Assembly (NCBI RefSeq): GCF_018350175.1
Contig: NC_058377.1
Coordinates: 109,988,001 to 110,052,000, forward strand
Length of the DNA stretch: 64,000 bases
Direction of reading: 5' to 3'
From: Felis catus
Taxonomy: Eukaryota
In this document: piece by piece, positions 11,911-25,680 of the stretch
How positions within the stretch are numbered: position 1 is the first letter of the stretch
Layout of the letters: every line of letters starts with the position of its first letter
Position numbers and translations under genes: made by a program
Notes under the pieces: generated by a model
The model's input: the letters and a program-made list of their open reading frames with translations, nothing else
What the model was told of the DNA's origin: nothing
Database searches by the model: none

Positions 11911-12512
11911 AGTGGGTCCCGGGGGACTTAATAGAGCGTTATCCTTAGCCTCTCACTTCCCGTTTGCCCTTCCTAGGCAAATGTTCTTTTCAGCCTCACT
12001 AATCCCCGTGGCCGGTTGGTAACTCCCCAGAGTCCAGCTGGAGCCTCCGCTCCCACCCCTTGTCCCGCAGAGCTCAGTGGGGGCAGGTCTGGAGGTCCGA
12101 TGAGAGTTTGGGCTAATCCAGCCCCCTCCCTGCTCCCCTCCCACCCCCACTGGCCCCAGGAGACCTGGCTGGAAAAGCCCATGGGTTCCAAAGCTCCTTT
12201 CTCACAGTCTGTGCCCAAAGACCCTGCCCACTCTTAGTCCAGGCAAGCGTTGGCCTTGTCAACTCTCCCGGAGTCCTGCAGCCTGCCCCATGCCCACCCT
12301 ACCAGTCAGGAAGATTCCACACTGAGCAGGAGGCCAGAGTGTATTGGTATCCCTAGTTCTTCATCAGTAAAACCTGCCATCTCACTAATACGACAGTATG
12401 AGCAGAAAATACCCACACTAAACCAAACACTTATATGGCGCTTACAGTATGCCAAGTACTGTTCTCAGCATTTCCCCACATATTCGCTCAACTAAAATAG
12501 ATGTAAAATGAT

Positions 12513-12633
12513 TCTTTTTTTTTTTTTAAGATTTTATTTTTTTAAGTAATATCTACCCCCAGCATGGGGCTTGAACTCATGACTCTGAGATCAAGAGTCA
12601 CATGCCCCACTGACTGAGCCAGGCAGGCGCCCC
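12513..12633 (-). mobile_element. Can-SINE (old short type)
   Basis: Reverse head ...tgagccaggcaggcgcccc and poly(T). Confidence 0.85.
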
Positions 12634-15600
12634 ATAGAATGGTTCTTGAAAGTAGGAAGTGCTGACAGTCACAGCATTGTGGGGCCCCAGTTAAACCACA
12701 GGCCGTGCCCTCCCCACCCCTCCCCTCCCAGGAGCTCAGAGGCTAATAGCAGAGGCAAACAGGACGCACAAGTTGTCAGTGCGGGGATAAAGTTCCTAAC
12801 AAGGGTAGGGGAGAGGGTGGGTCAGAGATGAGTTGGACCACAGGGCTGCCTTAGCACTGGAAGACCTCCTGGAGGAGGCAGGCTGCTGTAAACAGTGTCT
12901 CTCAATTCTCCGCCCATGACCTTTGTCCCTTGGGCTCCTGTCATCGCTGAGTCACCCCTACACCCTCCTCCCCCTCACCAACTTCCTGGCAGCAGGCAAC
13001 GGCGCTGGTCAGCGGGAGTCTGGGAATCGGCACAGGGACCGGCCCAGCTCTAACTGCCCTCTAGAGATCCATCTAGTTCCTCCTTCCAGGAGAGCCGGGC
13101 CTGCTCAGAGGCTTCTGCCTGCCCCCTCTTCCACTGCTCTGGGGTGCGGGTGCGCTGCGTTAGGAGTGAGGTGGGCACAAGAGGGGAAAATGGTCTGCAG
13201 AGTGGACCGCCAAAGGGGAGGAGCAGGGACAGGACATGTCTTCAGGGGCCTCCTCCTGCCTGGCTCTCCCCATCCACTTCCTTGAGGAGGGCCGAGTGGG
13301 AGTCAGAGCTCGCGAATGCACTGCACAGAGCTGGAGGGCCCTTCCCTGCTTTATTTTCTGGGCTGGGCCTGGCCTAATCCCCCATCTGCCTCGTGGACTA
13401 AGTGGGGCCCACACTGAGGGAGACAGGGGCCCTGCTGCACTGGGGAGGGGAGCAGGGAGGCCCTCTCCACCAGGCCCGGGAAGGGCTGAGGTGCGGAGTC
13501 CAGTCAGGCACCGAGCACGCCACGGAGGGATCGGAGGGATCGTGCCCAGGCTCGGTGGGACTGACCACTCTCTCCCCAGGGGGCGTCCCAGAGGTGTGTG
13601 GCACCTCACTCCTGAGTCCACAGAGCCCCGAGGCAGGAGGAAGCCATGGGCGGGGCAGACCCCTCCTCATTCCTAGTCCTTCCCACCCCTGAAAGCTGAT
13701 AGCCGTGGGGCCCTGCCACCGCCCAGGGAGCGTGAAATGAGGTGTGCCGCTGGGAGGCCACAGTGGCTCCTACTGCCGCCCGAGCCCATTTCCCTCTCTC
13801 CCCTGGCACCCTGGCCTGCTCTGTGGGCACTGTCTGGGCCGTCCCCGCCAGCCACCCCCGGCTCTGCCTGGCCCAGGCCCTGCTAGCCTCTCTCACCCAG
13901 CCTGGCCTGTAGCTTTCCCCCATCAAGGCAGTCGGCTCAAGTGCAGGCACCCTAGGTCTGTTTTTCTGGCCTGGAGTCAAGGGAACTCTCCGCAGGCAGC
14001 ATCGCCCTCCTGTCCTAGTCATGCAGTAGTGGGACCAAGCTCCAAGGCTCGAAGGAGCTGCCACCCAGGAGCTTTGGAGCCATCCCTGTCCAACTGGCAT
14101 CCTTCTGTAACTCGGCCTACCCACCCAACAGGTCTTGTCCTTCTTCCTTCCCTTCCTGTCTGCCCCCATCTCCTTTCTTCCTGGAAGCCCTGTCCCTACT
14201 CAAGCGGCCTCCCAGCCTATCCCCCAAACTGCTGTCGTGGGGCCTATCACAATTTAGGCTTCAGGCTGGAGGGCCAGGCCAGAGGTCTGAGTTAGGAGCT
14301 GAGTTCTCCCTCCTTCAGGGAGTTTCCTGAGACCCAGGAGCCTGTTTCCAGGTCAGCTCTGACCCCCAGAGGATGGTTATGGGACTGGCAGGAGTGGCCG
14401 ATGCATCTCAGCCTGGGAACACTCAAGGGCCTTGCTTGAGGCCAAGACCAAAGTCTTGGGGGAACCCAAGGGAAAAGGAGAGCGAAGACCGGAACAGGAG
14501 CCCAGCACCTTCCTGAAGGCTGAGGCCCACTGTCTACTGCTCCGAGGGGAAGGGGACTAGGCCTGGCTTAGCTCAGACAACGTGGCAGGGTGGGGGGGCC
14601 TCAGCACTGCACAGGTGCCCTAGGAGCCCCTTCTCCCTCCCCTAGCTCACAGTGGGGCTCGTCGTGGAGAGAGTCAGCTAGAGCCAGGAAGGTTGGGGCA
14701 GGTATAGGGAAGCAGCTGCCTGGGGCCCAGCAGACTGTGGGTGTAGCCTGCTCCCCTTCCCTCTCCCCAGCATCCCCTTCCTCAGGCCCTCAGGCCCTGC
14801 CACCCACCGGGAGCTAGAGATTCTGGGCAGCCGGACTCGTATCCCTGACCCCCCCCCCCACATGCCCACACACCATGGGCTCCATTCCCCACCCTGTGGA
14901 CCAGAATCCTTTCAGGCAACTCCTCCTGGTCCATCCCAGACACCCCACCTCTCCCGGCTCCAGGTTCTCTGGCCTTGTGGGCTTTGAGGGGCAGGAGCCT
15001 GATGGAAGGCAAAGGTCCCCCTCCATCTGGGTTTTTCTGCCACTGGCTGGCTTTTCTGCTATGTCCCAACCATCCCCTCGGAGCCTTCTCCCATTACTGC
15101 CCCTGTCACCTTGGCCAGCTGGCCCTGGAGAAATTCTGGGAACAGTTGAAAAGGGATCCTTCTGGCCATTTCTCACCTTGGCCACCAGGTGTCAGACTTT
15201 GTCTAGCTGGGAGGAAGGTCCTAGTTCGTTTCCACCCGGTTGGCCAGGCCTCAGAGGTCAGGGCAAGTTGGGGAGGGGCCTAGAGGTGACCTCTGCACTA
15301 GGGAGGCTGGAAGACCCTGAAGGTTGAGAGGAAGGGCTGGAACTCTGGTTCTAAAGCTCACAGCTGCTTCCTCATCGTCCCCACCCCCACCCCGCTGACA
15401 AGGGCTTTGTCTACTGCTGGGAACTGGGGAACCAGGCTGAGTCAGGGAGCTCAAGAACTGAAGGGACAAAGGCAGGGACAGTTGTGGCTCCAGAGAAGAA
15501 GGGGGAGCTGAGAGGGAACCACCCATCAGAGCACTCAGTCAGGGGCCCGGATCACTGGCCCTTACCCTCTAGGTTAAGGGGAACAAGGGCCTCCCTTGGC

Positions 15601-17137
15601 CCTTCCCCATTCGGGGTGGCTGTGGCGAGTGGGCGAATGTGTGCGCGTGTCTGTGAGACGAGCACTTGAATGAGTCTCTTCACATCCCGCGAGGGCCCTG
15701 AGTCCTGGATGTTGGGTCGGTCTTTGCAAAGGCAGGAAGCTGGCAAGGCGTCACCGGCCTTTGGCCACCCTCCACCTCTTCCACACCCACTCCCACCCCT
15801 GCCCCCGAAGTTGCCTCTCCCGAGGGACCGTTCGCCAACTCGTGCCCATCCTCGCGCACACGGGTGCGTTTCCAGATGCCCAAGAGGATGCCGAGCTTCC
15901 TAATCCGCTCTGTGCTGTCTGGATGGAGAGGATGGGGAGGAGGGCTTCTCTGCTTCCCTCCTACTCTCCCTAGCCTTCCCGGGACAGAAGGACTTCCAGA
16001 GATAATGTCCTCCTTCCCATGGCACCGCAGGCCCCGGGCAGTCCAGGGTTTTAAGCTGACCTCTGCGTACCTGGGCCCCCGACGCTAAGGCCACACTTAA
16101 GAGGTGGAACCTGAGTAACCGACACAGACTCACCACCGGTCCCGGAGCAGTGGTGGGTGGAGAACCAACAACGGACTCATAGAAGAGCCTGATGACTTGT
16201 CATTTACCCAGAGCCACCTGCTCACGGTCCGAAGCTCCAAAACCCAAAGGACGGGCTCCTACCCCGACACCGTCAGTCACCATCAGTAGGGGGCTCTCTG
16301 GGGGAGAGTTCAAGAATTCAGACTCTGAGATGCCCTTTCCGGCTCAGCTGTCCCCTGTGTCCGCCTCCCCCACCTTACTCTTGATGACGCCCCCTCTGTG
16401 TCCTCAGCCGGGCGAACTTGTGTGCTTGCCCGCCCTCCCCCGGTCGCTCTCCTCCTCTGTTTCCATCTGCTGCAGGCCCGGCTCTGAGACCCCGCGTGTG
16501 CTGCAGCTCCCGGCCACTCAGAAGCACCGTTTCGAGCTCTCTGGAGTCTCTGACCCTCGAGTCTCTGCCATTCCTGCCCTGTCAGTCCTCGGCCTTGGGA
16601 AGTGCCCTCTTTTCGCCCCGTCCTCTCCTCCTGCCATCCCTGGCTTGCTAGGGGGTGTCACAATCCACGACAGAGATGTGTGTGCTGGTGTCACCTGGCT
16701 CCATGTGGCTGGCCGGCCGCCCTTTTGATTCCCTTTCTCTGCTTGTCCCTCTCCATTCTTCGCCAGCTCCCACCCCTCCCGCAGCCATTTCGCGTTTACA
16801 TCTCTTCTGTTTAAAAACAACAGCAGACCAACCAACCACACAAAAAACCTTCCTTGATCCTGCCACCAAATGCCTGAGAGAACACATTCACCCCTTTCCC
16901 TTCTTTCTCACCCCCTCCTTTAATCTCACAGTTGGAGTCTACCTCCCAAATGCTCCCGCAAAGGTCACCTGTGACCTCCCAATTTCCCAGCGGGTTTCCC
17001 CCAAATTCTTCTCTTAGCGTTTCTGGGGCATCTGACACTGTTGACCAGCTGCCTCCCTAAAACTCTCTTCTCTTGGCTTCTCATACACTATTGTCTTGAC
17101 ACTCTTTAAATCGGCTTATATTAAATTATCAAGTACT

Positions 17138-17353
17138 GGGGCGCCTGGGTGGCGCAGTCGGTTAAGCGTCCGACTTCAGCCAGGTCACGATCTCGCGGTC
17201 CGGGAGTTCGAGCCCCGCGTCAGGCTCTGGGCTGATGGCTCAGAGCCTGGAGCCTGCTTCCATTCTGTGTCTCCCCCTCTCTCTGCCCCTCCCCCGTTCA
17301 TGCTCTGTCTCTCTCTGTCCCAAAAATAAATAAACGTTGAAAAAAAAAATAAA
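17138..17353 (+). mobile_element. Young SINEC_Fc
   Basis: Perfect 16-bp TSD taaattatcaagtact at 17122-17137 and 17354-17369. Confidence 0.93.
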
Positions 17354-18529
17354 TAAATTATCAAGTACTTTAGTTCGGTGCAGGGCATTGTACTAAAATG
17401 CTAGAGGGATGCAAAGATGAATAAATTGTGGAACGTGCCCTCGAGATGCTATCTGCTTACAAGGGAGACAGACACACTGAACTGACCCTTGCCCTGCCCT
17501 TGCCCATACCCGACCCCGAGAGTCTGTGCAGAAGCACCTACTGTGTGTTGGGCACTGGAAGGACAGTGGTGGCTGCGGACACCGCTGCCTCCCCGAGAGG
17601 ACTTACAGACCAGCACCCTCGCTGAAGGGACGCGATCGCTCCTTCCCTGACTTCCAAGTATTTTGCCTGTGTCTTTCCACAGTTGATCCAATTCTGCCTT
17701 GGATTCTAGCATTTGGAGCAAGGGAGGGCGGGGGGAGTCCCAGTCCCTCCTCTCGAGTGTTTTGTTCGACACGCTAACTGAACACCTTCTGTGGGCTTGA
17801 GCCTGAACTGGGATAGAGAGGTGGGGAAAACTGAGTTTGCCCCTAAGAAACACACAGTACAGTGGAATGGGATATACCTTCCTTCTCCCTGTATTCTGCA
17901 TAGCCCCCTTGTTTGCTGCCTTGCACATTACAGGCTGCTAGGTTTTGCTGCGATGTGGAGACAGCCCGGATGCCCTCTCCTCCCTCTCGTTAGGCAGAAA
18001 GCAGGCCCGCAGGATATCTAGACAGGGTCTGGGCAGATATGTCCGCCTGAAGGGCCCGGACCCCTTGGGGGGGCATGTGCCCTCCAACTTGGGCCAGGCG
18101 ACTCCGGGACATTCAGCAGGACCTGGCTCGCCCACAAGCAAGTCCAATAGCTCATGCACCTACGCTCACGCACCTGTCAGTAGTTTCAGGTCGGCTGGTC
18201 TTCTCTTCCCAGAGAGATCGCAGGCTCCGTAAGGGCAGGAGCCAAGTCAGGTCTCAGACGTCTGCTGGGTTTCCTACTCCAGTCGGCGCAGTGATGGGCA
18301 GACCTTTGCAAGATTCGTCAACTGATTGACGTCACCATCATTTGTTACTTCCTGTGCTTAGGGCACTGTCTCGTGGAGGCCCTGGTGAAATACCTCTGTG
18401 TTACCTGGGAGCAGTTAGCCCCCTAGCTGACCCAGTGGCTCTTCATGAGAGTGTCAGTGCAGGCCAGTCTGTCACAAATAACTGGAGATCACATCACTAT
18501 TCGCTGCGGCTGCGGCTGCGGCTGCGACC

Positions 18530-18700
18530 GGGCACCTTACCTTTATTGTCTCTCTCATCCTTCAAACAGTCTTAGAAGGGTATTTAATTATCCCCATTTC
18601 ACAGATGGGGAAATCGGAGAATAGAGAGCTTTAAGTAATTTGTCCAAGGTCACTCAGCTAGGAGGCCGTGAGGCTGGGCTTGGAGCTGAGGTCATCCCTG
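18530..18700. mobile_element. MIR (similar MIR cores near 32700-32870, 34190-34340, 36430-36600, 37700-37820, 51060-51250)
   Basis: 'ttatccccatttcacagatggggaaa...tttgtccaaggtcac' MIR core. Confidence 0.65.
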
Positions 18701-19289
18701 AGTCACATCTATCCCATTCGCTTTTCAGACCAGTATGAGTTTTTCTCTTACCCACCCGCCCCCCCAACCTGCTGTCTTACACTGAAAAGAGTCTACAAGA
18801 AGGGAGTAGAGTCACGCCTGAGACTTGTGACGTGGCCACAGTCAGTCACGCTCCCTAGGAGATGAAGGGTATTGGGAAGGGAAGGGTCACTGCGGGGGCC
18901 CCCGGGGGCCACCACAGGTGGGGGTCCCGGTGAAGCTGAGGGCTGACCGCGCGTGGCTGACCAGAGGCGCAGGTGGACAGCTTCGCAGGGAAGAGAGACC
19001 TATGAGACCTTTAATCCAGAGAGGGGAGGCGGGCCGAGCAAAGGCCGGGAGGGGGAAGACACGCGGCCAGACAAGAGGATGTTGGAAGGACTAAAGGGAC
19101 GCACCGTGGGTGGAGGAACGGAGTGTGCTGTGGGCACCGCGCTCCGTGGACAGGGCAGAGCCTCTTCCCCAAGCTCTTTGCCTCTCCGAGCTCTGCCCTG
19201 GACTGCCAGGCTCCAAGCCACCAGGCACGCGGGGGCCCAGGAGGGGAAGCACCAGGCCAAGCAAAGAGATGAAGTCCCGGGGCAAGCAT

Positions 19290-19365
19290 TTTATTTGTTA
19301 ATACAAGAATAGAAATTCTGCAATAAATATCATCTAATAAATAACATCTCCAAATAAATAAATAT
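19290..19365 (-). terminator. CLCF1: CLCF1 3'UTR AU-rich elements and AATAAA poly(A) signal (19290-19295)
   Basis: The minus strand has four ATTTA pentamers, some within TTATTTATT, immediately followed by AATAAA. Confidence 0.8.
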
Positions 19366-20203
19366 TAATACAACAAACTTAGAGTCATGAGTGGGTGAGG
19401 CTGGGGGGCAGGGCCTGGGGGAGCTGCCCCCCGCACCCCGAAATGCTACTGCAATGTAAACTTTCAGGAAACCCTGTGGCTGTGGCTATGGTTGCCCTCC
19501 CCAGCCTGGGCAACCCACAGATACCCTGGAAAGGGGGTGGAGAGGAGGCACCATGATGCCGGCAAGAAGATGCAAGGCAAGGTCCTTTTGGCTGCCGTCC
19601 TGTGCCACCGACTGCCTTGGTGAGCCGTGGGTCCGCTCTGTCCCTGCCCCTATGCTTTTAGTATGACCTCCAATGCAGATCCCACCTCTTCCGCTTTTAA
19701 ATCCCGTTTCTTCCCGTTTGGACTTGCCACCGTGTGTGTTTCCTGAATCGGATGTACTGAGCTATTTGGGGATAGGGGAACGACGCCCATCCAAGGAGAG
19801 TGGGGCAGCCAAAGGGCTCCCCCCCGCCCCCCGCCCCAGAAAGGCACATGCTGCGGTGGCCCCCCTCCCTGCCTACGGGCATGCTTCCTGGAAGTGCCGC
19901 GTGAGGGGCCGTGTGGGCGCCGGCCAGCGCCGGGCAGGAAGCAGGAAGCCGCGAGAGCCTTCGCACCAACTTGAACCACTGCCCCCGGGAGCGCTCCTCC
20001 CTGTGGAAGAGACCTGCAGGGCTTTGGAAAGCGGGGAGGGGACAGGCCCTGTCGACCGTGCCCTCTTCCAAGTCCGGAGAGGGCCAGAGGCCCACGGCTT
20101 CTGCCTCCTGGCTCAACAGACGTTGGCATACGGGTTTCTCCCTCCCAGAGTGGGAGCAGGATTTGAGGGAGGAGAGGAGAGAGGAGGCGGTAAAGGTCAG
20201 AGA

Positions 20204-22873
20204 TCAGAAGCCATGGGCTTCCAGGTGCAGGGTGACCGCCGCTGGCGGGGGCTGCGTCTTCTTCTTGAGCCGGTTGAAGTCCTTGGCCGAGCGCCACAGC
20301 CAGGTCTGCAGCTCCTTCAGCAGCCAGAAGTCGTCCATCTTCTGGAGGAAGTCGCCGTGGGCAGGGCCGGGGGCCCGGGTGGGCTCGGCTCCGGGCAGAG
20401 GCTGGGGCAGCGGGTAGCCCAGAGCTGCCATGACGCCCGCGATGCTGCCCAGCAGGCCCTGAAGGCTGGTGCAGAAGTGGGCCAGGCTGCGGCGCAGCTC
20501 GGCCGTGGCAGCCTGGCGGTCGAGGCCACGCAAGTAGCAGAGAAGGTGGCTGTAGGCCTCATAGTTCTGGGTCAGCCGCAGTTTGTCATTGAGGCTCCGC
20601 CACACATCCAAGTTGACAGTGGCCCTGGGCAGAGTCTCTGCCCCCAGCCGAGGTGGGTTGAAGTCAGGCTCGTTGAAAGGGGGGCCCAGGTAGTTCAGCT
20701 GTGGAAAGGAGAGGGCGATGGAAGAGGAGGAGGAGGAGGAGGAGGAGGGCCACCGGGAGACAACCTGCTCCCAAAGCTCCTATTTCCTGTGTCCCCTGAC
20801 ACTGGCCCCATCTCCTCGCTAGGCCTCTCTGTGCGAGGGCCTCCCCTAAGTTTCTCCGGGGATGTCATCTGCACGGAGGTGGCGGTTGAGGCAGTGGGGG
20901 GTGATGGGAGGTGTAGGGAGAGAAAAACACGCAGGAGATACTCGGGGAGGACGTGCCGATCGGCCGTGTGTGCAAGCCTTGGGAGCGTGCCCACCACGGG
21001 GCAGAGCAGAGAGGAAGAGGAGCCGGAAGGACCCAGGTGGCCAGGCCGCAGAGGTGGAAGGTGGACCAGAAGAGTGCAGAGCCAAGAAGAGGAGTTCGAG
21101 AAGGCAGGAGTACTCGACAGTGTGGCTGCAAAACAGAGAGCAAGGGGAACGGGCCTTAGAAAATTCTGTTGGGTTTGGCGAAAAGGAGGTGCCTGCCGAC
21201 CTTGGAGAGAGCCGTTTCAGTGGCCTGGAGGCCAGATTGCAGGGGGTTAAGGAGTGAGTGGGTGGAGAGGAAGCGGAGGCAGAGGGTGTAGACCACTCCT
21301 TCGAGAAATTTGGCAGGGAAGGCCAGGAGAGAAAAAGGGTCGGGAGCTAGAGGGGGTAGCAGAGTCAGGCAAAGGTTTTTGGCCAGGGAAGGGAAAAGCG
21401 GGTGGGAAGGCAGAGGGGCCCGTGGGAATCAGAGCTCCATTTGCCGCCCAACACGCTTGGTCCCACCAGCAGAAGGCCAGGGGGCGGATGGGACTCACTA
21501 AGCAGCGAGTCCCCCCGAGGAAGAGCTCCTAGGAGCAGGGCTGCAGAAGGAAGAAACTGAGGCAGTCTCAAGAGCTGGGCAGGAGGAAGGGTATAGGAGG
21601 CAGTCTAGGGCAGAGGACAGAGCTTTGCCAACCCTCAAGGGAGAGGCCTGGGGCCCAGGGAAAGGGCTGAGGGGGACGTTTCAGCTGGAGAGAAAGGGAG
21701 AAGANNNNNNNNNNNNNNNNNNNNNNNNNNNNNNNNNNNNNNNNNNNNNNNNNNNNNNNNNNNNNNNNNNNNNNNNNNNNNNNNNNNNNNNNNNNNNNNN
21801 NNNNNNNNNNNNNNNNNNNNNNNNNNNNNNNNNNNNNNNNNNNNNNNNNNNNNNNNNNNNNNNNNNNNNNNNNNNNNNNNNNNNNNNNNNNNNNNNNNNN
21901 NNNNNNNNNNNNNNNNNNNNNNNNNNNNNNNNNNNNNNNNNNNNNNNNNNNNNNNNNNNNNNNNNNNNNNNNTCCTCATGGCACAACTTCCCTCCACACC
22001 CTGAACCTCCTGCCACTCCTGGCCTATCTTCCCCGCAGCCCCCTTCCCCCAAGTCCCCCCTAGGAGGCCCAGCTAGGATGGGAGAGGCAGACAGAAGGGA
22101 GGCCCATGGGTCCAGAGCAGCAGGGCCCCAGGTCTGGGGCAGAGGCGAGCTGGAACACAGGCATGGGAGGTGGGGCCCCTCCATCCCCACCCAGCCCCGC
22201 CCGTGCAAGAGACACCACAACACGGTGTAAACAGAAGAGACTTCCCCGGCCCCCAGGGGGAGGCGGGCGGCTGGGCCGGCAGCCAGTGGGGCAGTGGGCC
22301 AAGGCGGGTGCGAGGCCTGCCCACATGCCTAGTCCTGGGGCCGGGGACGGGAAGGAGGGGGGGCACCTCAGAGGGAAGGGTAGGAGATGGGCCAGACACG
22401 GGGACCGTTTGCAACCAAAGGGCCCCCTGGTGACCACTGCTCACCGGGACCCCTCCGCCATTCTGTCTCTCTTCCACCACCTTCCCTCCTCGTTCTTTGC
22501 CAATTCCCAGACCTTTCAGCTGCCCTGGATACTCACGTAGGTCCCAGCCAAGCTGCGGAGTTGGTGTTCCAGGTAGCGGGTGAGGTCGTAGGTTTTCTGG
22601 ATGGAGGGGCCAGGCCCTGGGTCCCCCGTGCGGTTGAGGGCTGGCACTGCAGGGAGGTGCCAGAGCACAGCACACAGGCAAGCTAGCATCCCCCACGAGT
22701 CCCCTGCGGGCAGGAGGGGCGAGAAACATGAGGGCGGGCCCAGGCCCAGTGGAGGATGCCCAGCTGGCAGCCCCTCAGGTGTCTGTCCCCACCTTGGGCC
22801 GGGCGCAGGGTTGGTGAGGGTGGGCCGCCAGATGGGAGGCAGGGGGGATGGAGGAGGGGAGCGTTCCTGGCCT

Positions 22874-22910
<37 letters not shown>

Positions 22911-25637
22911 GAGGCATGTATGTGTTTGAGGACGAGAACTTGGCCTCTGTGTGTGTATCTACCAGTATATATCGGAAAGCATATCTGTGTGTCAGCTAAG
23001 AAAGAGCCAGTATACGTATGCCGATGCCTATGTGTGTGTACGTGGAGGGACGGGACCAGGCCTAGGGACTCTGAATCCAGACCCTCTGCAGTTTAGGGAG
23101 CCAAGGGGTGGGAAACAGCACATGTCTCTCTGCCAGCTGCCAGCAGGCAGCCCCGGGAAGGGCACGAGACAGGCCGCCCTGAGATGAGTCCACACAGAGA
23201 GCCATAGGAGGCAAGGGGTAGGCTTGAAGGGGGTCAGGCTGAAGGACAGAGGGCTGGCTCATGCAGTCAGTGGTGGGTACATTCTTGAACAGGATTCCTG
23301 GGTGTGGAGCTGTGGGGTGGAGGTTTGCCCTGTCCTTATCTAGGAGGTTGGATGGGGAAAAGTTTGACCCGAGTGAGGTCTTCTGATGAACCTACGGTAA
23401 AGAGGGTCGGGGTGGGGGATGTGAAAGAGAGAAAGAGGGGGAATATGATGTATCTGATGGGTTCGGCTTGTCAGCTGATGGTGCCGGAGAGTTTGGACAT
23501 CCTGGGATACCAGAGGCCAGGGGTTGACAATGTGGAGATACCCAGAGGCAGTTGGGAAACATGATTTTCCCAGCTTTTAGGTGTGGGCCAAGGTGAAGAG
23601 CACTAGGCCAGGAGTCAGCGGGCACCGGGACTGGGTAAAGGCAATTAGGGTTAGGATCAGGCAAGGCTATAATTGGTATGGGGCTAGGTTAGGTTTAAGG
23701 ACTGGGTTACTTTTAAAGTTTCAGGTTAGTTTATTGGGATTTGGCTGACTGAGTGCGGTTGAGGTTTGAGTCTAGCTGGGGGATGTGGTGAGGTTTGGAC
23801 AGGCACAGGGTTGGCTGGGGCTAAGGTTTATTAATGTGTTGATTTAGATGTCAGATGGGGTAATGCACGGCATGTCACTGAGAGTAGGGCTGGTCTGGGT
23901 TTTAAGCTTGGGTAGGTGTTGAGCTCACGAGTCGTTTCTTCTACTTTCTATTTTCGACTTTCAAATTTCTATCATGACATATGTTGCTGTGATAGTTAGA
24001 AATGAGTTGGATACGGGTTTGACAGTTTGTACTGAGTTAGGGGGAGTTTGGAGTTAGTCATAATGCTGGGTCAAGTTTTTGGAGAGGGCTTAAGACTCAA
24101 ACTGTACAGAATGCCTCTCACAGAGTGTAGGGGTCAGGCGGGGACTTGCGCAGCGGCCCAGGCCATCAGTGTAGACTCACTAAGATGCGTGGTGGCTGGC
24201 AAGTTTACTGATAGAGCAGGGGAGTGGGTCGGGTGGGGGGAACACCGGTCTCAGAGACCCTGCTCTTAGGGACGAGGGACTCGGTCTGAGTGCACGGGTG
24301 CGTGCGTGCGTTAGGACAGAGCGCGGTGTCAGGCACATGGCCGCTCCCTTGTCCTTGTCCGCATCTGCGGCCCGCGGCTTCCCTCCTGGTGCTTCTTTCC
24401 TCGTTCGGCCTTTTCCTGCTGACTCTGTGTTCCTTTCTATTTACTCTTCCTCATATTCCAAGACAACTCCAGGCCCTCCTCTGCACGAAGCCTGGGGCTA
24501 CCCTCAGCCTGGATATCTGGCAGAGTCACCTCCAAGATCCTAAGGGTACACTATGGGGTGTTTTGGAGGCGGAGACCTGCTGAGGCGAGCGGCAGCCCTT
24601 CCAGGCTTGAGGTAGCTTTCTTCGGGACGGAGTCTGGCCCCACTCACAGTTAGCAGCATGCTGAGGGTCCCAGCTGAAGCCCACATTGGGAGCTGGGCTC
24701 ACCTCTTTCCCCGACCTTGCTTTGGTCAGCCTTTCGGTCCATAGTTCTGGGACTGAGTTTTGCCTCTGCTGTGGTGGTGGGGAGGGGGGGGGCGGGGGGG
24801 GCACCGGGTCAGGAACCCAGCTCTGGGCCTTGTTTTCCCCTCCTCTTCTGGGCCCTGTGGCACATCCCTNNNNNNNNNNNNNNNNNNNNNNNNNNNNNNN
24901 NNNNNNNNNNNNNNNNNNNNNNNNNNNNNNNNNNNNNNNNNNNNNNNNNNNNNNNNNNNNNNNNNNNNNNNNNNNNNNNNNNNNNNNNNNNNNNNNNNNN
25001 NNNNNNNNNNNNNNNNNNNNNNNNNNNNNNNGAGGGGGGGGGGGGCAGGGGAAGTTGCAGAAAGATCGGACTGACCGGCCCATGGAGAGAACCAGTAAGA
25101 AGGAAGGGGTCTCAGGTATCTAGAGGGAGAAGAGGCTAGGAAGGAGAAAGGAGACAGGGCTCTAGGCTGTAGGCTCCGGCTTCCACTCTGGGCAAGATGT
25201 CCCCATATCTCAGGCGGCAAACTGACGGCCATCTGGGGCAGAGAACACCTGTGGCTTAGTTGTGAGCCCCGGAACTCAGTGAGGCTTGGGCTCACCTGCG
25301 TCCCCAGGAGGGAGCATTAGGTGGGCATCGTGGAGCCCTCTCCCATCCTTCTCTCCAGGCTCCTGGTGTGCAGGTGGACCGGGCCCCCTCCCCCAGTCCT
25401 GGCCCCCAGCCCAGCCCCCCGCCCCAGCTCTGCCTCTGGCTGCTGCCCACTGTTGTTTACATCCCGGCTTCCCTTGTGTTTATAAATCCGGCTGAGCACG
25501 TGAGGAGCTAATGAGTGCAGCTCACAGCTCACGTTTCCTGCTGGAGCCCCCCCGCCCCCCCCATCTTGGCCCCCCGCCCCAGCGGCCCCTAATTCCATCC
25601 AGATCCCTGGGCCCTGGGAACCTAGGCCCCCCTCATG

Positions 25638-25680
<43 letters not shown>

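Noticed and set aside
19673-21250. 525-aa ORF antisense to CLCF1
   Set aside because: Runs across the antisense 3'UTR, the coding exon, a GGA repeat and an L2 remnant with no recognisable domain. Best explained by GC-rich stop-codon scarcity.
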